A DNA stretch of 64,000 nucleotides from Tubiluchus corallicola (taxonomy: Eukaryota > Animalia > Priapulida): the NCBI GenBank assembly GCA_030141605.1, contig JAQGDQ010000567.1, positions 1 to 64,000 on the forward strand. Reading direction: 5' to 3'. The notes under the pieces are model-generated. The model did no database searches. It was given only the letters and a program-made list of their open reading frames with translations, and was not told where the DNA came from. Below are positions 55,521-64,000 of this stretch, one piece after another; the stretch's first letter is position 1, and every line of letters begins with the position of its first letter. The position numbers and the translations under genes are program-made.

Positions 55521-58500
55521 TCTGTCGACAATCTTTTGCAAACAAAAAATGGTGCTGCTGATAAGAAAACTTAGCAGCAACTCTGGAAAAAAGCCAAAAA
55601 TAGCGTGAGTCATAACAACCTGAGCCAGTTTTGTGCATAAAGATCTTGACATGATATCTTGAGATAGTAAAAATGGATGTACTGATGAGATAGGCCTGAA
55701 ACTCGGAAACCCTGAAGCCAGTTGTGACATTCCGCATTGTCTGTGTAACATTCAAAGCATATGTTGTTATGTACTACTGAGCAAAGAGTTCTACTGTTAA
55801 TGCTAAAGTTTCCCAACCAAGTTGACGATCACTTTGTACTTGGTTAAATATGGAAGAACAGGTTTGTCCAAATCAGCTTATGGTCCTGAAGTCCAATGCC
55901 TGACTATAGAAAGTACTAGTACCCTATACAAGACAGCCAAGTAATGGAATAAATAGTTGCATCTAGTTAGTGTCTATAATTACATGCAAAATACCTTACA
56001 AACTTCAAAGGCTGTGTAGATGGGATTTCCAAATTAGTTTACGACAGTGGATCACATAAAGCAACTATAATTACTCTTAGCTAAAATTCCTAAATAATAA
56101 AACAAAGGCATCAAATTTATGACGAAGTTTATGTTAGGCCCCGCTGTTTTATTAGTTCTCTGTGTTGTTGGAACGTATGTACGAGGACACGTCAGCCATT
56201 TATGAATCTAAATCTGTACAACATGGTGTCCCCCTCAAGGACAAACTGGTGTATGAGTTGGGCAGATGTTGCATATTCATCAATACAACTGGTCATTAAA
56301 TTCACTTTCAAGCGCGCGGTCTAGTACAAAGGTGCTACAACAATTTCAGATTAGCGCTGCTTATAACGGTACCGTGCACATTCGTTAAAGAGTGTATTCA
56401 GGCCTGATGATCAGTTAAACTTATTATCGAATGCAAGTACGATTGAATTAGAACAATGCATAGTATACTACAATCACTATAACTTGAGTAGCGCCCTCTG
56501 GAAAGTAGTTCACAGGAACAGTTACAGTTTACTTTTAGTTATACGCTATTAATTTGACATTTGTCATGCGTTGACAAGGAGAGTGAAAAAATAGTTTTGA
56601 CTTAGTTTTGCACTGCTTTACCTATCATTTTACTTTCATTGAATTGTTTAACTTTTGCATTGACTTTATATACAGAAATCAAAAAAACTCGATTTTGATT
56701 CAAGCTTGTGTTTTTGATCCAATTATTTTGCATTTTACAAACGCTAAGCTACTGTCAGAGGTTACTGTGGTCTAAACGTTACTGGAACTTGTAGACTAGC
56801 TGCAACAGGCAAAGTATGGATCACCCAGATTTGCAATCTGAATGTTGTAGTGTTCATCATTTACCAGCGTTGAACAATATTTAGAATCAAGGTACCAAGC
56901 AACTAAGTCGTGCTTAGCCTCAATTGGTCCTCCTTGAATTCACCTGTCTACACAGTAACCCTGAAATTCCAACCTCTTGACCCGAGCGCCATGGTTGCTG
57001 GCATTGTTCGCGCGTGCACAGAGCGCGCAGACTGGCCCAAAATATTTGCGGTAGAGATCCGACACCTTTTGTGATGTGAAAACAGTTCCGCAAACCGAGT
57101 AACCCACTTTCACTTACATCATGCTGTATGGTCGCGACATCCTAGTATGGTACGGACACCCCTGGAGGATCTCACGATGGTGTAATGTTCCGAGAAGTTA
57201 CAGATTTTCACTATTGCTGTAAACCACAAAACTTACTCAGAAAAACATTGTCAGATCCCTCGATTGCAACCATATCTCTATTAATAAATGAAATGGTCCC
57301 CTGCACAGTGTAGTTTTATGAAAATCTAAATCTATGCGAATTTATACGCTTTAAAGATGCAACATGAACATATTATAACATCACCTTTTGATATATTAAC
57401 TCACCTATCGATAATAACTACATATAAATACAAAATATAACTGCTTATAAGACTTCATATGTATTCCTATAACTCATATTTCTGTTCATGCTTCTATAGC
57501 CTACACGTGTTACTTTTTGTTTTAAAGTTTGTTTGTATAAACGTATTTTTTATATTTGATAATTATGTTATTCGTTTTTTAATATGTTGTGAAATTCTTA
57601 TTGTTTTTTAAACCTGAAATCAAAGAGAGACGAAATTCTCTAAGAATGAGAAACGAGTTCTTGACGTCAACCTCTTTGAGAAACTGCTTGCAATCTTATC
57701 AATCGGATAGTGGCTATTAAAGCTGAAAATATCGGATATCAAAATAAGAGTTCTTTATTCAAAATTAAATGTTCTTTATTTTTTTCTTGATTTTTGTTCA
57801 TTCTTGCGCTTTCTCTTGTCCCTCCAGAGGGGTCAACTCTCTCCTGACGCTACTCCCTAAACAGGTTTTCCCAAACATGTCCAGTTACACACAACATTTA
57901 AAATTTTAACGCTTTTAGCACCATACAGAAAGATTAACTAAGCATTACTACTAGTACTATACGTTATTAATTATTACGGTAACTCCATTTCAAACTTTAA
58001 AGTCACCTGCATAGTATTAATTGAAATTTAGAAATTGATGCTTTGAAACGTTAATAGACCTGCTATAATTACTGCATGCTTAATGATTCGCAATGTATGG
58101 TTCATGTAATTACATGATTCATGGCCTCATGATATTAAAAATAAAACGACGAATAAAATAGCAACACATTGCATTTTCATTTCTTCATATCGGCATTGAA
58201 GATTTTTGGAAATTCGCCAAAACTTGCTCGGTTTCCTCGCAGATCACTTATTAAATAAAATGCCTACAGCTTATTCCAAGGGCCAATCAGATATAAATGT
58301 CCGTTATACCCCATATGCAGTCTCTACTAGTTCCAGCGGAAAAGTCTCGGGAGCTTTCAACTGGCAGAGAGGCATGCGGAAGTAGCAACCCAAACTATTC
58401 TGTCACTCATCTATAGGTTTGTAGGCTGCGTGTGTAGCAGCCATTGTAACACATAACCTACATCGAATTGACTTTTACAATTATAGCACTGGAATTAGAT

Positions 58501-58734
58501 AATGCCGTGCCACTGTTTTAGTTAATACAAAACAGTAGGAGAGCCAGGCCAAGAAAACATTAGTACTTACCCATAATTAACTGCCATAATTTAACGGGGG
58601 TTTTCGCTGAAAACTTACATATGACGTCATTGCGTTTGCCATAACCAGCTTTAATTACTTAAATGTAATTATGATGTTTTTAAACTCTACATATTTTAAG
58701 TTTTTTCATCTTTGCACGTTTGACTGCATCTATA

Positions 58735-59172
58735 GTCAATGCCCACTATGGAACGAACTCCGTAATCAAACAAGCAATTTTACTTTGGAATTCTCTACCA
58801 TTACAGGTTAAACAAATCAAGTCCCTATCAGCATTTAAAAGAAAACTAAAATCACTAATATTAACCAGATATGAAATACCATCACACCAGTACGACAACA
58901 TACACACTAATTCAGAATTCATATACCCACGGCCATATTAATTAAATCATAGTTTTTTTTTCATTTTTTTGTGCATAGCTGTAACTATGTTTGATTTTAT
59001 TCGTCGTTACTTTCCATTACTGCACAGTAGTTTAGATTGCACTGACGCATTTGCCTTTAGCAGTGTAAGTTTTTATTAACTAACACTGATTGATTATCTC
59101 TGTAAAGTTTTTATCAGTGATTATCAATGTATTTTAATGGCAAATAAAGATTATTATATATATATATATATA
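58735..59172 (+). mobile_element. CR1/L2-group LINE 3' end, subfamily B
   Basis: ORF 58720-58941 HYGTNSVIKQAILLWNSLPLQVKQIKSLSAFKRKLKSLIL...FIYPRPY*; AATAAA and (TA)n tail. Confidence 0.88.
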
Positions 59173-62100
59173 ATGTTTGCACTGAAGCATTTATCTCGAA
59201 ATTGGCACGTGTGATTCATTTATACTTTCACTTACCGGTCATCTCAAAGTTTTGTTCTTATTTTCAATACTGATATGAAAATAAAGATCTTTACTTTTGC
59301 ACAGAAGTATGATCATAGAACAGTGAATAATTACGTAGTTAATATACTCGCTCACATAGAGCAGAGAGCTTGAAATTTCAACTTCAAGCGGTGTTGGTGG
59401 TGTTGATGACGCTGATGTTGACGATAATGGCAAAGATCCAGGTGTAGCAGAAGCCGTGGCAGCGGCGGCGGTGGTGACAATAACGATGATGTTATGGCAA
59501 GGTACAAAGAGAATTTATTAAAGACATGTGACGTGGCAAAGATATGCTAAACTGAACTAAATAAATAAATGAAAATTAAAGGAAGAAAACACTGTATATT
59601 TTTCAGTAAGACGCCATAATGGGGGGGGGGGCTAATGAATATGACGTTTTCGAAAAAGCGAATGAGGATGATACACGGATTGTTTAGTTAAGAAAGTAGA
59701 AATTTACTAAATAAATTTGGAAATACAATAATAGACTCAATTATCTTCACGCTGCCTCTTAGTGACCCCTGATCCATGATCTCTGCATGCAGTTGCACTA
59801 AATAGCTGGTAATTTCAGCTATCATGACACCAAAAACTGTCTAGCTGGCACATGTAGGTCCATAGCTCACAATGGCGCGCTGTGGTAATTTCTTTGGTAT
59901 GCAAAGCGAAAGTAGGTTTTTCGGTTGCAGTCGTGTCTGAGGTCTGCTTATATGGCTTGTTAGACTGGTCACTGCAATCAACCGTTTGCCTTTGTTATAA
60001 TGGTAGTTGTACAAGCTTCGGTTAGTTTGGCTAGAGGTATGTGTAAAAAGTACCGCTTGCACTCTGGCATATCCGTACAGAGGTCATACCCCAAATGTTG
60101 AGTGATCATTTGCGCACTGTACGTATGTTTTACAGCAAAACTTGAATTTAAATTTGCAAATCTCATAGCTAATAGCCCTTGAGCACTCCGATAAACAGTT
60201 CCATTTACAGAACATAACATAAAGTACATAACAAATAGCTACTAGGAAGACAAAACTGGATAGCCGTAAATTTCACCCAGAGTATACCTTCTTCTGAATC
60301 AACTAAAATAGTATAGCGGAAAATGTTTGCAAGGTTATTTCTACGTAAAAGTCCTTTCTTAGCTAATTTAGCTACTGCGATGGTATCTGCAGACCATTAG
60401 ATCTGCGTAAGTTCATTTTTATCAAAAAGGAAAAACACAGACATCTAAATGAAGCTGTTTAACAATTTTATAAGAGCCATGAGGTTTTGAGATATGAAGC
60501 ACAAATCTCGTTGCGTCTAGAGATTTCAGGTACCTATTTTTTACACTCGGTTGCTTATACCCTACGGCCGTTATGTTACCTTCGACTGCTGCATTCCAAA
60601 AATATATTTATATCTCGAAACCGTTAATCTTTAAAACCACAATCAAGTTCTTACAGCCGTTTTCAAGTGAAATGAATTAATTATATTTATATTCGATGGC
60701 TTAGAACCATTTAGAAATTAAGACTTAACTTTTTCAGCATGCTTTTTCAAAGCTTATAAACGAATTTTGTTTGCTATTCGGCACCCATTTCGCAAAAAAA
60801 CACACACCTAAGTGCTGGCAGGTCGTCTAGAAAATAAGTACATTGTACGTATAGTTACGTCTATACAGTACTGAGGAATTATACTGTACTTTTGTTACCG
60901 CAAGCAAATGTCATAAGCAACTGGCTTCGTTTAAAACTTATTCAAAAAAAAATTTAGCCAAGTTTTCATACAGCTATTATGTTCGTTGTTATAAGCCTCA
61001 TAACAATTGTACAAACTTTATCCACCACGAATAATCGAGAATCGGGTAAAACCGCATCTCTTTTCTGCGAATGTATTGTAAATTGTAAATTTCCCTATTG
61101 TAAATTTGTTCGAAGTTTAGATTTCCCAGAAGAGTGGCCTTGACATGTTCCACGTATACAAATAATATATTAACGCTAATAGTATATAGCTGCAATTCCA
61201 CTGACTATACACACACACATATGTATATATATATATATAAATGAACCTATAAAAATTCCAACATGAGTTTGTAAATCTGTTTTTGTGTAAATTTCCGTGC
61301 AATAATAGCTTTCAACAGGATTAATCTGGAATTAAGAACTGAAACGGAAGAGCCTGCATTATGTAGTCCCTATACATGGTTATAGCACCGTTTACAATTT
61401 GGAATTTTGCAAGCCTGAGTCCAGCAATCAAAGGCAGGTCCTACTCAAGTTTGAGCTAAGATGCTGCCATGCTAATATGAGTCAGTGAAACTGACTTGTT
61501 ACGAAGGAAATCTCTTATATTGGACGTTGGACCGGCACAGGTATCTTGCTAGGTTTTCAAACGCTTTTAAATAACAGGGCAAATCGCCAAACGATGTAAA
61601 CAGAAAAAAAGTCACCCACAAGAGTTTCATCCATCCGTTTACTGAACAAGCTTGGCGTTGCTTAACCATCACTGTAGTTAAGACATCTAGTAGGATGCAT
61701 ACATATGTTATTTGGCTACACTTTATACAAATAGCATGCCATTATCTTACACCACTTCCTCTCAAGAACCACGCCCTCTACACGATGTAATCCTAAAAAT
61801 GATTTGCATGAAATGACCCTATTATTGGCTATACTGCAACAAAATAATGAAGAAAATGATCGATTAAACACATGTTCTGGTTAATGCAGTTTCAGTGTGC
61901 ATATTATCATGTTTATTAGAATTATAGTAGTGTTACAAGTATTGGTATGGGCCTATGCTTCGTAGAAATAAAATAAAAATAGATACAGTAGCGTGTTATA
62001 ATTCTGACTTGCAATTTAGTTCGTGCCAAAAATAGCTCTTCATTGCCGTAAACCATATATTTCTGACAAACGTAAATAGCAGGAATCGTCGTCAGGCAAG

Positions 62101-62944
62101 AAGACTCATAACACACTTTTCACTTTCACTTGTTTTTAAGCATCAGTAAGCAGCAGTTATTATCTAATTTGGCACGCTGAAGGACGAGGTGCTCCTTATC
62201 TTCAGAGGGGTGAAGCAAACGTGTCTTGCTATGGTGTGCAAGAAACATTACAGCATTAATTATCATTTCTGTCAAAAGCAAAAGTTTTACTGGAATGAAC
62301 TTCGTAAATATTGCATTAATACAAGTATGTTGTATCTCTAAGAGCTTTTGCAAGTATGGACGTTAAAGCTTGTCTTTTGAATTTGCCTCGCTACCTCTAT
62401 TTTGCAGAATAGCAATGGACCGCAAAGTGTTTCTATATATCTTTTTGCTCCCATGACCCAGTGAGAGTGAAATTTCCGCACATGTAAATGGAATGTGTTC
62501 CACTGTTCTAAATTCATCCTCCATGATAATTGCTGACGAGAAAGTTTTTTGCATGAAAAGTGAAAGTGATGGTGGCCTTGTTACCTAGGCTACACGCATG
62601 CGCTGTTGAGCACTGGTAGAGTGTGGCCAGTGTCTTGCACATTTCAATGCGATAGTGGCCTGTCTTTACCCATTGGCTTCTCATTGATTTTTTAGGAGTA
62701 GCCTGTGGTAACCATTGTCCAAGGCTGACTTTGCTCTTATCAGCGGTAGTAAGCAGTAATTCACAAATTTGACAAAATGGATGAATACTTTATTCTGCTA
62801 AATGTTTCTGCTGAAAACCAGGCCAAATTTGATGTGATTTGATTTGATTTAAGTATTTATTGCAAACTCTAGGTTCATACACATAAAAATACATTTAGGA
62901 CAAATATCGCACAATGATTGCACAATTATAATGACTTAGTAGCT

Positions 62945-63170
62945 GAGTGATGATAACAACAATGACAGCGACGACATCGATGATTATGATGATGACGATG
63001 TGGGAGATCATCTTAATCATGATCACAATGTGATGAAAACTGAAGACAACAATGACAGCAAAACTTTGATGATAATGTTGAGAATGATGACCATAATAAG
63101 TATAATGAAGTATATAGTTGAACAATGGGGCGTTAATAGTGATTGACGATGACTGTGATAACAATTATAT
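62945..63170. repeat. Degenerate (GAT/CAA) trinucleotide low-complexity tract
   Basis: GATGATAAC and GATGAC-type units with many substitutions. Confidence 0.6.
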
Positions 63171-63367
63171 GACAAAGTAAATGAATGAAAAAACAATAAA
63201 AAATACGTAGGCCCTACCGAACGCAATAAAGAAGTATAATACTATCTATTTCTTTCTAATGGAAGAAGCAGAGAATGCATCACATTTACTTAAACGCTTG
63301 CATATTCTCACTAGTAGTAACCCTAGTACAAAAACTGAATACACATTTTCTATTGATAACGTCGAAA

Positions 63368-63635
63368 TACTTAATACTGAGATTTGTAGTACTATTTCTA
63401 GCACTGGAGTCGTAAGGATATTTTTAGATATTTTCTAATGGAAATGTTGTAAGCAACTTCTATAACAAACGTACAGAATTGAACGTTGTTTGTATTTTGT
63501 ACTTAATACTGAGATTTGTAGTACTATTTCTAGCACTGAAGTCGTAAGCATATTTTTAGATATTTTCTAATGGAAACGTTGTAAGATACTTTTAACAAAC
63601 GTACAGAATTGAAAGCTGTTTATATTTTGTACTTA
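63368..63635. repeat. 132 bp tandem duplication
   Basis: TACTTAATACTGAGATTTGTAGTACTATTTCTAGCACTG at 63368 and 63500. Confidence 0.92.
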
Positions 63636-64000
63636 CGAGAAAGAAAACCTCCATGAAAATATTAATAAAGAAGTAATAAAGCAGTAACAAGTGAGGACGC
63701 GGACACTAAATCGTGTGGGTGGGTCAAGTTCAAAGATCAAAAGTGCAGAGAAGCGTTTCTAATTGTTATACAGATGCAAAGTTTTTCGACGCGTCTAGCT
63801 AGACTAAACTTAATTTTATCAGAAGCAAAGTAGAAAAAAATCTTAAACGGCGTTTCGCTTAATCGACGTTACGAAGTACGAGGCCTTATAACTGTTATCA
63901 CCATTATCACCAACATTGCCCAACATTACCAACATTATCACCATCGCCATTCTCATCAGCATAAATATCACCATCTTTGTCATCACTGTCATCAACATCA

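Noticed and set aside
55682-55712. CTGATGA...GAAA as a hammerhead ribozyme core
   Set aside because: No convincing stem II closing directly on GAAA and no stems I/III; other CTGATGA sites also fail.
59355-59500. Ser/Thr/Ala-rich minus-strand frame ending at a GTGAGC donor
   Set aside because: Explained equally well by decayed trinucleotide repeats; no clear acceptor.

Overview
AT-rich, repeat-dense DNA from an invertebrate animal, most likely intronic or intergenic. No intact protein-coding gene can be supported: nearly all long ORFs in the track are microsatellite artefacts. The window contains very long simple repeats and minisatellites, many 5'-truncated non-LTR retrotransposon 3' ends (CR1/L2-group and RTE), a tRNA-derived SINE, several MITEs (piggyBac-like, hAT-like, TA- and AT-flanked), a candidate LTR with primer-binding site, a decayed MULE-like transposase and a decayed RRM-encoding frame. 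The most interesting observation is a full-length 5S rRNA copy fused to an internally deleted RTE element (51005-51322); a related copy 6 kb away lacks the 5S head (44990-45313), which looks like a snapshot of SINE3 origin. Family assignments rest on recalled motifs, not database searches.
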